Origin: Promethearchaeota archaeon
GTDB lineage: Archaea > Asgardarchaeota > Lokiarchaeia > Sigyniarchaeales > SOKP01
NCBI GenBank assembly: GCA_048938855.1
Contig: JBHLLT010000002.1
Coordinates: 1-64,000 of the forward strand
Direction: 5' to 3'
Length of the DNA stretch: 64,000 bases
The position numbers were made by a program, and so were the translations under genes. Shown here in pieces: positions 39,627 through 49,149 of this stretch (position 1 is its first letter; the number at the start of each line of letters is the position of its first letter). The notes under the pieces are model-generated. The model ran no database searches. It saw only the letters and a list, made by a program, of their open reading frames with translations, and had not been told where the DNA came from.

Positions 39627-39782
39627 TTAATATCTAATTTTCTGTAATTTGGATATATACTCTGGACAATTTTTACATTCTGGAATTTTACATAAAAATT
39701 GAATTTTCGGAAGTGTACATGACAGAAAAAAAGGACATTCTTCTAAATTTAAATCAATATTTATTTCTATATTACTAATCAT
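39627..39782 (-). CDS. 51-aa Cys-rich small protein; not in ORF track
   Basis: Own translation: MISNIEINIDLNLEECPFFLSCTLPKIQFLCKIPECKNCPEYISKLQKIRY. Confidence 0.5.
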   Translation of the reverse strand: MISNIEINIDLNLEECPFFLSCTLPKIQFLCKIPECKNCPEYISKLQKIRY

Positions 39783-40038
39783 AGATATTCACTCATTCAT
39801 TCTTATTTTACTAGATTATAATTCAGTATTTATAAAAGAAAAAACGGTGAATATTTAGTAATTCAATATTTTAAATAGTCTAATTTTGAAATTGTTATAA
39901 AATTAAAACTAACAATATCTAGACTATATTATTGCCTCAATAAGTATGAACCCATAATTTTTTGATAAAAAGTAATAAGAAATATCAATAATCTTTCTTA
40001 ATTTATTATACTAATCAAAAAATAAAATTGATTAAATT

Positions 40039-41256
40039 ATGAAGTATAGAAAAATGGGATCTCTTAACTGGGATGTATCAGTACTTGGATTTGGTGCTAT
40101 GAGACTTCCCTTGATTGACCAAAATACTGTTGATGAGAAAGAGGCAATTAGAATGATCCGTTATGCTATAGATAACGGAGTGAATTATATAGATTCAGCT
40201 TACCCTTATCATCATGGGACAAGTGAAATAATTGTAGGAAAAGCGCTTCAAGATGGATATCGAGAAAAAGTTCACCTGACAACAAAATTACCAATATGGG
40301 CAGTGAGAAAAAGTGAAGATTTTGATAAGTATCTTCAGGAACAAATCGATCGACTACAAACTAATCCTGACATATATCTATTCCATGGATTAACAAAGAA
40401 CCGTCTGGAGAAAATTAAAAAGTTAAATTTAATTGACAAAATGGAAAAGGCAAGGGAGGAAGGATTTTTCAAATATATAGGGTTTTCATTTCATGATAAT
40501 TTTGAAGTCTTTAAAGAAATAATTGACTATTATAAATGGGATTGTTGCCAAATACAGTTTAATTATCTTGATATAAAATACCAGGCAGGTATTAAAGGAG
40601 TAGAATATGTGGGTAGTAAAAATATTGCTTTAATCATTATGGAACCAATTCGAGGAGGAAAATTAGCTATTTCGGAGAACGAATTAGATTCACGACCAGA
40701 TATCAAGAAAATATTAGAAAAATCAACCATTAAAAGAACAATGGCAGATTGGGCTCTACAATTTGTGTGGGATCATCCTGAAGTCTCTGTAGTATTAAGT
40801 GGAATGAGCTCTATGCAACAAGTCAAAGAAAATATCGATTCCGCGAATAGATCGGAAGCAAACAGTTTATCAGCAGAAGAATTGAATACAATTTCGGAAT
40901 TAAGGAAAATTTATGATAAATATGATCTTGTGCCATGCACTAGTTGTAGGTATTGCCTCCCCTGTCCTAATGGAGTGGCAATTCCGTGGATTTTTAGACT
41001 CTTGAATGAATTAGGATATTGGGGTGAACGACGGAGAGATTTGTTAATCTCTTTTTATAATAGATGTGCAAAAACACAAGAAGAATTTGAAAAAAGACTC
41101 TCTGAAGAAGAAGAAGTTGAGGGTGCGGCAAGTCTATGTACGAAATGTGGTGAATGTCTTGAAAAATGCCCTCAACAAATTGATATTCCGGATGTTATGG
41201 AGAAGTTAAATGGAATTTTTGAAGAAGGAAAAGAAATCTCAGAGTTTTTCTATTAG
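40039..41256 (+). CDS. Aldo/keto reductase with C-terminal 4Fe-4S domain
   Basis: LGFGAMRLP, NYIDSAYPYH, MEPIRGG, CTSCRYC.PCP, CTKCGECLEKCPQ. Confidence 0.92.
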   Translation: MKYRKMGSLNWDVSVLGFGAMRLPLIDQNTVDEKEAIRMIRYAIDNGVNYIDSAYPYHHGTSEIIVGKALQDGYREKVHLTTKLPIWAVRKSEDFDKYLQEQIDRLQTNPDIYLFHGLTKNRLEKIKKLNLIDKMEKAREEGFFKYIGFSFHDNFEVFKEIIDYYKWDCCQIQFNYLDIKYQAGIKGVEYVGSKNIALIIMEPIRGGKLAISENELDSRPDIKKILEKSTIKRTMADWALQFVWDHPEVSVVLSGMSSMQQVKENIDSANRSEANSLSAEELNTISELRKIYDKYDLVPCTSCRYCLPCPNGVAIPWIFRLLNELGYWGERRRDLLISFYNRCAKTQEEFEKRLSEEEEVEGAASLCTKCGECLEKCPQQIDIPDVMEKLNGIFEEGKEISEFFY

Positions 41257-41347
41257 TTATCTTGAGGTATTTATCGTTGTATTATTTATAACCAAAAACT
41301 TATTTTAAAAAGATAAATACTTTGAATTAGAAACAAGCAATTTTTAT

Positions 41348-41440
41348 GGCCCTTGACGGTTGGAGTGGTCTCTGACGCTGGGCTTCAAACCCAGTTATCC
41401 TGCGGAGGGATAGGGGTTCGATTCCCCTCGAGGGCCGCCA
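41348..41440 (+). tRNA. selC: tRNA-Sec (anticodon UCA), 9/4 fold, CCA encoded
   Basis: 9-bp acceptor GGCCCTTGA/TCGAGGGCC, 7-bp D stem, CTGGG-CTTCAAA-CCCAG, long variable arm, 4-bp T stem GGGG-TTCGATT-CCCC, G73-CCA. Confidence 0.97.
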
Positions 41441-41452
41441 ATAATAATTAAA

Positions 41453-42829
41453 GTGTTTTTTATGGTTGATTTTAGCAAAATTATTGATTTTTTTAATAAA
41501 AAGAATATACCTGAAAATATGTTAAATAGAGGTCAGCTTGTTTTAAATGAGTTTTTAAGACCAATAAAAATATTTTTTGAACAAAAAGCTGCACCCAAGG
41601 ATCCTTGGACTGATGAACAAATAGAGTTCCTTCTTCAAGTTTTATCAAATATGGACACAGATAAAGACATTAATGCTGCTAGAGTAGGTGAAAGAGAAGC
41701 AAGGATTGCCTCAAAACTACATTTGAAGACTTCAGCAGGATTTTGTCATGGTGTTGGAAGAAGTGGCTTTTTAACAGCTGCTCAACCAAAAGCACCAGGA
41801 GGCTCAATAATGTATGAATTATCAAACTATTTAGCTCGAAATATATTGAGAGAAAATGGGTTACCAAACATAAAAGATGCTATAATAACACCTGTATGTA
41901 CAGGAATGTCATTAGCATTAGCATTAGGAGCTTTAAATCCTTGGCAGTGTGATAGTAATTCGGTTTATAAACGAACTGTTTTAGTTCCCCAGATAGATCA
42001 TAAATCACTTTTAAAATCAATTAACCTTATGGGTTTTAAGGCAAAAATAGTTCCAGGGAAGATTTTTGGAGATGCTGTAAGAATACCAATTGGAGATATT
42101 AAAAAAAATTTAGACGAAGATTGTTTTGCAATTATCTCAGTAACTAGCTTTTTTCCACCTCGAGAACATGATGATATAAAGGAAATTTCTAAATTTGCAA
42201 AAGAAAACAATCTTGTGCATATTGTCATTAACGCATATGGGGTTCAAAGTCCAGAATGGATGAAATTGATTCGTTCAGCAATAGATGCAGGAAGAGTAGA
42301 CGCTATTATTCAGTCTACAGACAAAAATTTTCTAACACCCGTAGGAGGAGCAATAATAGCATCACCTATAAAAGAAAATATAGTAAAGATTAGCCAAGCA
42401 TATGCTGGTCGTGCTTCTGCTACTCCAGTTGTGAATTTTCTAATTTCAATCTTATCATTGGGGATCTCTGGTTATCAAAAGTTAATTGAACAACAACAAA
42501 ATAACCGTAAAATTCTTGAAATAAAACTCAGAGCAGTTGCAAATAAAATAAATGAGAGAATACTTGATATTTATAATCCAGTTGCAGTCGCATTATCATT
42601 GGAAAACATGAAAGATGAGCATCTATATGCTCTTGGTGGAGCATTGTATAATTTAAGAGTAACAGGACCAAGAGTATATAATCCAAAAGATAATATATTT
42701 GGTACCTGTTGTAGTGATTATCTAACTCCATATATCGTAATGAATGCCGCAATTGGAGCAACTGAGAAAGATATAATTTCTGCTGTAGAGAGATTTGAAA
42801 AAGCATATAATCAAGTAGTTCAATCATAA
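41453..42829 (+). CDS. spcS: O-phosphoseryl-tRNA(Sec) selenium transferase SepSecS
   Basis: GEREAR, HGVGRSG..A.QPKAPG, TGMSL, DHKS, NAYGVQ, QSTDKNF (PLP lysine), YAGRASA; directly downstream of tRNA-Sec. Confidence 0.96.
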   Translation: MFFMVDFSKIIDFFNKKNIPENMLNRGQLVLNEFLRPIKIFFEQKAAPKDPWTDEQIEFLLQVLSNMDTDKDINAARVGEREARIASKLHLKTSAGFCHGVGRSGFLTAAQPKAPGGSIMYELSNYLARNILRENGLPNIKDAIITPVCTGMSLALALGALNPWQCDSNSVYKRTVLVPQIDHKSLLKSINLMGFKAKIVPGKIFGDAVRIPIGDIKKNLDEDCFAIISVTSFFPPREHDDIKEISKFAKENNLVHIVINAYGVQSPEWMKLIRSAIDAGRVDAIIQSTDKNFLTPVGGAIIASPIKENIVKISQAYAGRASATPVVNFLISILSLGISGYQKLIEQQQNNRKILEIKLRAVANKINERILDIYNPVAVALSLENMKDEHLYALGGALYNLRVTGPRVYNPKDNIFGTCCSDYLTPYIVMNAAIGATEKDIISAVERFEKAYNQVVQS

Positions 42830-42948
42830 AAATATATCAAATTTTCTAATATTCTATTTAAACAGAAATGAAAATAAATAAAAACTATAAGTTCTATATT
42901 TTACTATAAATTATTTGAACATTTTAAAATCATAAGTTAGGGTTCGTA

Positions 42949-43629
42949 ATGGAAAATCGACTTTTAACTCAATTTAATAACGTCATTACTTCTCAATGGC
43001 TTTTTAAACAATTAGAAGAAGAATATGGGTCCTTGAGCCCTCGAGAGTTATTTGAATTAGCTTACCATACATGCAATTCAGTAACAATGAGAAACATTTA
43101 TATTAAACAATCAACAAGCGAAGATGTAGGGGGTTCTAAAGCTGTTTTTTATTCAAATAGCAAGAAATTTATTGCCATAGAAGGATTAGATAAATCACTA
43201 AAAATAACTAAATACTTTAGTGAAGGAACAACAGGCGATAAAGTAATCACAGAAATTCACCCTTTGCTAAAAAAGAGAAAAGAATTATTCGCTAAAAAAG
43301 ATGCTGAACTTAAAACCCAAATATTAAAGAGCATTTTAGTTGAAAGAAAACTTGATGAATGCGCAAATTTAGTTATGTTGAAAGGAATAAATCGAAAAAT
43401 ATATTTTGCTATAGGTGATGCTAGAGAATCAGCTGCTGTTGTTCCAATATTTATGGAGGCTGAAGGGGCCAGTTTAGTTCAATTAGCTTTAAATAAATGG
43501 ATGGAAACTTCTCAAAGATTAGAGCAAGAACACAATTTTCCCGACAACCTTGTTCCCGGAATTCTCAAAAACCTTACACAAATAAAAAAGTGGCTTCTTG
43601 ATCTTATTAATTCAAATTTAGATAAATAG
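42949..43629 (+). CDS. Hypothetical protein
   Basis: 226-aa ORF with protein-like composition; no motif recognised. Confidence 0.7.
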   Translation: MENRLLTQFNNVITSQWLFKQLEEEYGSLSPRELFELAYHTCNSVTMRNIYIKQSTSEDVGGSKAVFYSNSKKFIAIEGLDKSLKITKYFSEGTTGDKVITEIHPLLKKRKELFAKKDAELKTQILKSILVERKLDECANLVMLKGINRKIYFAIGDARESAAVVPIFMEAEGASLVQLALNKWMETSQRLEQEHNFPDNLVPGILKNLTQIKKWLLDLINSNLDK

Positions 43630-43787
43630 GACTTTATTTACTCCTTTTATTCTTTCATTATCTCTATGATATAATTCTAAGGTAAGTAAAGATAACACAG
43701 AGGCATATATAAAAAAACGTAAAATAGATGTTTCACGATCAAATTTCTTAAAAATTAACATAATCTGCTTTAAGTTAATATTTGAAA

Positions 43788-43962
43788 TGGGCCATCGGGG
43801 ATTTTCATGCTTTTTTTAATCAATCAAGCTTTTTGAACCCCGGATCTCAGGTTTTTACTTTCTCAGACAATTTTACTTAATGTATGTCCGATGGTCATTT
43901 ATAAGACCTGCGCTTGTTGACCAAGCACCTAAACCTTGTTAACCAAGCTAAGCAAATGGCCC
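43788..43962 (-). tRNA. tRNA-Ile (anticodon UAU) with three introns (21/22, about 37/38, 59/60)
   Basis: GGGCCAT/ATGGCCC-A acceptor, GCTT/AAGC D stem, CAGGT-CTTATA..A-ACCTG, CGGGG/CCCCG T stem; removing 43916-43939, 43854-43899 and 43802-43831 gives a 75-nt cloverleaf. Confidence 0.88.
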
Positions 43963-44114
43963 AAATCAATTGAAATATAAAATTATTATAAACTAATTAA
44001 ATCAGAAAAAAGATAAAAATTTTTTTATTGGAGTACTCTGTTATATTTATAATTGAAGTGATAAAAAGAGAGATCTTTATATCAAAAAATAAAAATTGAA
44101 AATGTTGAATTAAT

Positions 44115-44528
44115 ATGGCTGAAATGTTAACAGATTTGCTTCAAAATATCTATAAAAGGATTGCGCAATTAGGACAATCTATTCAACAGCTTAACGAGTC
44201 TATTAATAATCTAAATCAGAATATTGAAGACAAGATTGCAAAATTAACCTCAAAATTAGAAGAATTCTCTAATGAGATAAATCTTACTCAAACTAAACAT
44301 ATTGATGCTGTAAAGGAGATTGGAGCAGGAACAACTGATGAATTAAAAGTAATCCAAGAAGGATTAGGTTTAGCTGCTTTAAAAAACTTAATTAAAAAAC
44401 TAGAGGATTTTTCCAAGCTTTCTGAAGGTGTTCTTAACCAAGATACTGTAAATTTACTATTATCAGAAGCAATTGATTCTGTTAAAAGCCTTAAAAAATC
44501 TATTAAAGAAGAAGAGGTAATGGAATAA
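44115..44528 (+). CDS. Coiled-coil hypothetical protein
   Basis: Continuous heptad pattern; similar start and length to the next ORF. Confidence 0.75.
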   Translation: MAEMLTDLLQNIYKRIAQLGQSIQQLNESINNLNQNIEDKIAKLTSKLEEFSNEINLTQTKHIDAVKEIGAGTTDELKVIQEGLGLAALKNLIKKLEDFSKLSEGVLNQDTVNLLLSEAIDSVKSLKKSIKEEEVME

Positions 44529-44948
44529 ATGGCTGAAGCTTTATTAGATCAAATGATCCAAAAAATAAATCAGATTATGGCTTCATTAGATGGGACAATA
44601 GCTCAGATTAACCAAATGAGAGGTTCAATTAATCAGATGAGTCAGAATTTCTCTGAACAAACAGTAGCTATGACAGAAAATATTAGATTAATAGTAGAAG
44701 TCTTAAAACAATTTCGTGTGCAATCCACAAAAAGTCTTACTGACCTATCCGATGATTTTAATCAAAAAGTAAAAGAACTCTGGGAAAAAAAATCTATAGA
44801 AACAATAACGGAAGAAGAAAAGAAAGCTATTGACATTATAAAACAAGCATCTAAAGCAGTAACAGACAATCTTTATTTTGCTCAATTATTGAATATAATT
44901 CAGAGTATAAGAGAAGAAACCAATAGGATAATTAGTGCTAGTCAATAA
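44529..44948 (+). CDS. Coiled-coil hypothetical protein
   Basis: Heptads; ATG immediately follows the upstream TAA. Confidence 0.75.
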   Translation: MAEALLDQMIQKINQIMASLDGTIAQINQMRGSINQMSQNFSEQTVAMTENIRLIVEVLKQFRVQSTKSLTDLSDDFNQKVKELWEKKSIETITEEEKKAIDIIKQASKAVTDNLYFAQLLNIIQSIREETNRIISASQ

Positions 44949-45021
44949 CAAATTTTTAATTTTTTTAAACTTAGTTTTAATTTAGTTCAGTATTATATAT
45001 ATAAAAGGTGTATAAGTTTAA

Positions 45022-45927
45022 ATGCCAACAGGTTCTTTCGTTATCTTACTTCCCACTGAATCAGATTACAAAATTTTAGGCTATTATTTTAAGGAAGGAA
45101 CATCTGGTTTTGAAATAACAAACGATTTATTTTTAAGATTAAACCTTGATCATTCAAAGAACGAATTTAATCTGCTAAAAATAAAGGATCTTCAAATTTT
45201 TTCATATATTCATAAATTTAAAGGAAAACTATCTCGAAACGCTTCAGGAATTATAATTGGGCTATTATTAAACGAAGATGATAAACCAAATAAGTTTCGA
45301 TCCTCTCTTAAAGAAGCAGCAGAAGCTTTCGAGATTCCTAGTCTCAATATTCTTAAGAAATCAAAAGAACAATTTGAAGCGATATTAAAAGATGTATATT
45401 TGGAGCATTTAGAACCATTAATAGATATTCTTCAACCTGACACATTGAAAAATAGTATTATTAACATTACAAAATTAATGCTTAGTGGTGGGAAAAAGGA
45501 AAGAAAAATTGCTCAGGAACTTTTGGAAAAGGTTGAAAATGGTGAACATAACAAAATCTCGGAACATTACAATACTGCTGAGAGTGCTATGAAATCTTTA
45601 GAATATGAAAAAGCTGCAAAATTTTATAATAAAGCGGCAGAAATTGCAGAAGGTCTCTATATAATGGATATCGCAACTTCTCTTAAAGAAAAAGGTAATT
45701 TTTCCCAACAGATTCCTGATTTATCTAAAGAGAGAGAAAGAATTGTGCAAGAAGCGAGAAATGCTCTAAGAAATGAGGATTTTCATACAGCTTACACTTA
45801 TTATAAAAGAGCGAGTGAAATTTCAAAAAAATTGATCCAATTCGATAAAGAAGAAGAATATCGATTAAAAGCAAAAGCTTTAGAAGATTTTTATAAGATC
45901 GATGAAAAATATAGAAAAAATAAATAA
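45022..45927 (+). CDS. Hypothetical protein with possible longin-like N-terminus and TPR-like helical C-terminus
   Basis: N-terminal beta-beta-alpha-beta-beta-beta-alpha pattern; YEKAAKFYNKAAEIA and FHTAYTYYKRASEIS repeats. Confidence 0.55.
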   Translation: MPTGSFVILLPTESDYKILGYYFKEGTSGFEITNDLFLRLNLDHSKNEFNLLKIKDLQIFSYIHKFKGKLSRNASGIIIGLLLNEDDKPNKFRSSLKEAAEAFEIPSLNILKKSKEQFEAILKDVYLEHLEPLIDILQPDTLKNSIINITKLMLSGGKKERKIAQELLEKVENGEHNKISEHYNTAESAMKSLEYEKAAKFYNKAAEIAEGLYIMDIATSLKEKGNFSQQIPDLSKERERIVQEARNALRNEDFHTAYTYYKRASEISKKLIQFDKEEEYRLKAKALEDFYKIDEKYRKNK

Positions 45928-45987
45928 ACTTCTCTTGTATTATTTTTTATAAATATTATCTATTACATTGGTTGTCTTTTTTCTGAA

Positions 45988-46818
45988 ATGGCGGAATTTA
46001 ATCAAAAAATTATATGCTTACTCACTGATTTTGGCTTAAAAGGTCAACATTATGTTGCGAGTATGAAAGGGGTCATGTTAAAAATCAATCCTAATATAAG
46101 AATAGTCAATATCACCCATAATATTACTCCGTTTTCAATAATCGAAGCATCATATATTTTAAAATTAACTTATATGCTTTTTCCTGAAGGATCAATATTT
46201 ATAATTGTAGTTGATCCAGGAGTTGGAAGTTCACGAGAAATTTTAGCAATTAAAACAAAGTCAAATCATTATTTTATTGGACCTAATAATGGAATATTTT
46301 CTGGTACAATTGCTAACAATATAGAAGAATGTATTGAAATACAAAACGATTATTTTTTTAATAAACCAATTTCGAATACGTTTCATGGAAGAGATATTAT
46401 GGCACCAGTTGCAGCACATTTGATATCTGGTGTTCCATTAAATAAATTTGGACCTCAGTTTGACCAAAATCTTATAAAAAAATTCCCATTTAAATATAAT
46501 ATTGATTTCAAGAATAAGATTGTTCAATGTGTAATTCAATACATAGATACTTTTGGAAATATAACAACAAATATACCAATAGCCAATAATAAGATTCAAA
46601 ATAGTGAAATCACCTTAAATGAAGGAAAAGGAATAATTGTTGAAATTGGGGAAAAAATATATGAAGGGCATTTTACAATAAATTTTTCAAGTGTTCCAGT
46701 TGGATCAATCTTATTTCTTATTGGTTCGACTGGATTTCTTGAAATTTCAATGAATCAAGGAAACGCCTCTAAAGAATTGGGATTAAATACAGGAGATATA
46801 ATAAAAATTAAATTATAG
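45988..46818 (+). CDS. SAM hydroxide adenosyltransferase / chlorinase-fluorinase family (DUF62)
   Basis: LLTDFG, VVDPGVG, GPNNG, SNTFHGRDI.AP, IDTFGNI.TNI. Confidence 0.92.
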   Translation: MAEFNQKIICLLTDFGLKGQHYVASMKGVMLKINPNIRIVNITHNITPFSIIEASYILKLTYMLFPEGSIFIIVVDPGVGSSREILAIKTKSNHYFIGPNNGIFSGTIANNIEECIEIQNDYFFNKPISNTFHGRDIMAPVAAHLISGVPLNKFGPQFDQNLIKKFPFKYNIDFKNKIVQCVIQYIDTFGNITTNIPIANNKIQNSEITLNEGKGIIVEIGEKIYEGHFTINFSSVPVGSILFLIGSTGFLEISMNQGNASKELGLNTGDIIKIKL

Positions 46819-46833
46819 AGCGAATTTTTAGGT

Positions 46834-47967
46834 ATGGAAAAAGAATTATTAGCTTGTATTGATAAAAAAAATAAAAAATTTTTACAATCTGGCCAAGTTT
46901 CAAAATATATTTTTCCCGTGGAAAGAAAAATAGCCCATAAAAAAAAAATTAGTCATTTAATTACTAGATTCTTTATATTGTCCGTAAAACCAAATGGTTC
47001 TCAATATTATTTGGTGCAAAAACGTGGAAAAACAAAAGAAACTTTTTCAGGTTTTTTCACCGATTCATCTTCAGGACATGTAAATTGGGATAAAAATTTA
47101 AACCTAAATAAAATTAGGCAAAACGCATTAAGAGAACTTAAAGAAGAATTTGGAATCCCTATATCTGAAGTTAAGAGAATGAAGTTTTACGATTTAAATA
47201 CAGAAGGAGATGAAATCGCATATATATTTATAGGATGTGTTGATATAAATACTCCATTAAATCCAGATGAGAATGAGTTGGATGTTAAGTTTAGTAAATT
47301 CTATAATAAGTCCGAACTTGAAGAACTCTTGGAAAAAGAACAATGTATCGATTATTCAAAAGAAATTTGGAAAAAACTTTTAAATATAAACATTTTCACA
47401 CTCTTCAATAACAAACCTGAGTACTCCTTTAGAAATAAAAATTCAATTGCTTTATTCATAGGAAGATTTCAACCTTTACATCATGGACATCTTTATGTTA
47501 TAAAGCAGATTTTAAAATCTAGGAATTTTCTTAAAATTGGAATTGGTAGTTCTCAATTATCCCATACTCTCAATGATCCATTCACATCTGAAGAAAGGAA
47601 AATGTTTCTTATTAAAGCCCTAGAAAAAAGAGGTATTTCTTCAAGTTCATATGAAATATATGATATACCTGATATTTTTAATGCAACTAAATGGGTAGAT
47701 CATGTAATTTCGATAGTTGGGGAATTTAATTCAATTTACTCTAATAGTGACTGGGTAAGAGAATTATTTTCTAATAAAGGAATTAAAGTTGAGAAGAAAT
47801 TATCAATTTTTAATAAAAAATTCAGTGCGTATAATATTCGTAGATTAATTTCTAAGAATGATAAAAAGTGGAAAACTCTAGTACCAAAAGAAGTAGTTGA
47901 GCTTATTGAAGAATTCAATGGAATTAATCGAATACAATCTCTATATGAGAAAACAGGTAATTTATAA
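46834..47967 (+). CDS. Nudix-like domain fused to archaeal-type NMN adenylyltransferase
   Basis: N-terminal QKR..K.TF.G..D.SSGHV and ALRELKEEFGI; C-terminal IGRFQPLHHGH, IGIGSSQ, DPFT.EER. Confidence 0.88.
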   Translation: MEKELLACIDKKNKKFLQSGQVSKYIFPVERKIAHKKKISHLITRFFILSVKPNGSQYYLVQKRGKTKETFSGFFTDSSSGHVNWDKNLNLNKIRQNALRELKEEFGIPISEVKRMKFYDLNTEGDEIAYIFIGCVDINTPLNPDENELDVKFSKFYNKSELEELLEKEQCIDYSKEIWKKLLNINIFTLFNNKPEYSFRNKNSIALFIGRFQPLHHGHLYVIKQILKSRNFLKIGIGSSQLSHTLNDPFTSEERKMFLIKALEKRGISSSSYEIYDIPDIFNATKWVDHVISIVGEFNSIYSNSDWVRELFSNKGIKVEKKLSIFNKKFSAYNIRRLISKNDKKWKTLVPKEVVELIEEFNGINRIQSLYEKTGNL

Positions 47968-49025
47968 TGTCACATGAAATCTTAGAAATTGATGGATCCT
48001 TAGGAGAAGGTGGTGGTGCAATACTTCGAATAGGAGCAGGATACTCAGTTTTGTTTGAAAATCCAATTCGAATTAAAAACATAAGAGCTAATAGATCTAA
48101 ACCGGGATTAAGATTACAGCATTTAATTGGCTTAAAAACCTTATCTGAATTAACAAACAGTGACTTGTCTGAATGTCAGATTGGAACCACGCAAATAACA
48201 TTAAAACCTAAAAGATCAATTAAAAGTAATATTGATGTCGAAATTGCTACTGCTGGTAATCTTGGTTTATTACTTCAACCTATTCAAATTGCATGTTTAG
48301 GTTTTAATAAACCAGAGAAAATAGAAATAAATATGAAGGGAGGGGGGACATTTGGAAAGTGGGCTCCAAGTCTTAATTATCTTCAGCGTGTGACATACAG
48401 TATTTTTAAAAATCACGGATTTAACATTAATATTGATATTCAGAAACATGGTTTTTATCCTAAAGGAGGTGCTGCCGTAAAATGTACTATAAATCCTCCA
48501 AAAAATAGTCTTAAATCGCTTAATTTGGTGGAATTAGGCGCTATTGATTTAATTCAGGGAGAGATTATTTGTACTGAGCATTTAATTAATAAGAAAGTAT
48601 GTGAGAGAATAAAGAAATCTGCAGAACAACGAATTGCAAAACAATTACATCTTGATGGTAAGATCGACTATAAATATGTACAGTCCCTAAGCCCTGGAGT
48701 AGGTCTTTCTCTATGGGCAAATTCAGATACAGGAGCCATAATTTCTACTGGAACCATATTAGGAGAACGAAATATTAGTTCAGAAAACCTCGGGATTATA
48801 GCAGCTGATAAACTTATTAAATATATTAAAAACAAAATTCCTGTTGATAATTATCTTAGCGATCAATTAATTCCTCTCATGGGATTTATTAAAAAACCTT
48901 CAAGGATAAAAGTCCTAGAGGTAACAAATCACACTAAAACAAACCTAGAATTGATAAAATTATTTTTGAATAGAAATTATCAGATTAAAAATGAAAAATC
49001 TCATTCCATAATTGAATTTCTCTAA
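47967..49025 (+). CDS. rtcA: RNA 3'-terminal phosphate cyclase
   Basis: IDGS.GEGGG.ILR, NIRANR.KPGL..QH, GFYPKGG, DQLIP, catalytic HTKTN. Confidence 0.95.
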   Translation: MSHEILEIDGSLGEGGGAILRIGAGYSVLFENPIRIKNIRANRSKPGLRLQHLIGLKTLSELTNSDLSECQIGTTQITLKPKRSIKSNIDVEIATAGNLGLLLQPIQIACLGFNKPEKIEINMKGGGTFGKWAPSLNYLQRVTYSIFKNHGFNINIDIQKHGFYPKGGAAVKCTINPPKNSLKSLNLVELGAIDLIQGEIICTEHLINKKVCERIKKSAEQRIAKQLHLDGKIDYKYVQSLSPGVGLSLWANSDTGAIISTGTILGERNISSENLGIIAADKLIKYIKNKIPVDNYLSDQLIPLMGFIKKPSRIKVLEVTNHTKTNLELIKLFLNRNYQIKNEKSHSIIEFL

Positions 49026-49149
49026 TTGACAAATAATATTTATAAATAGAAAGTTTTAATCAATTATTTATCAAAAGATTAGAAGAAATTTATATAAGAA
49101 TATTTTATTATATGTTTATTATAAAAATTATTAATATATTCACATAAGA

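Noticed and set aside
43618-43761. 47-aa minus-strand ORF downstream of tRNA-Ile
   Set aside because: No motif, overlaps the end of the convergent gene, and is plausible by chance in AT-rich DNA.
43853-43905. Alternative anticodons (UAA Leu or GUA Tyr) from other splice registers
   Set aside because: The 5-nt variable loop argues against Leu. GUA does not give a standard 7-nt loop, and archaeal tRNA-Tyr has C1:G72 whereas this has G1:C72.
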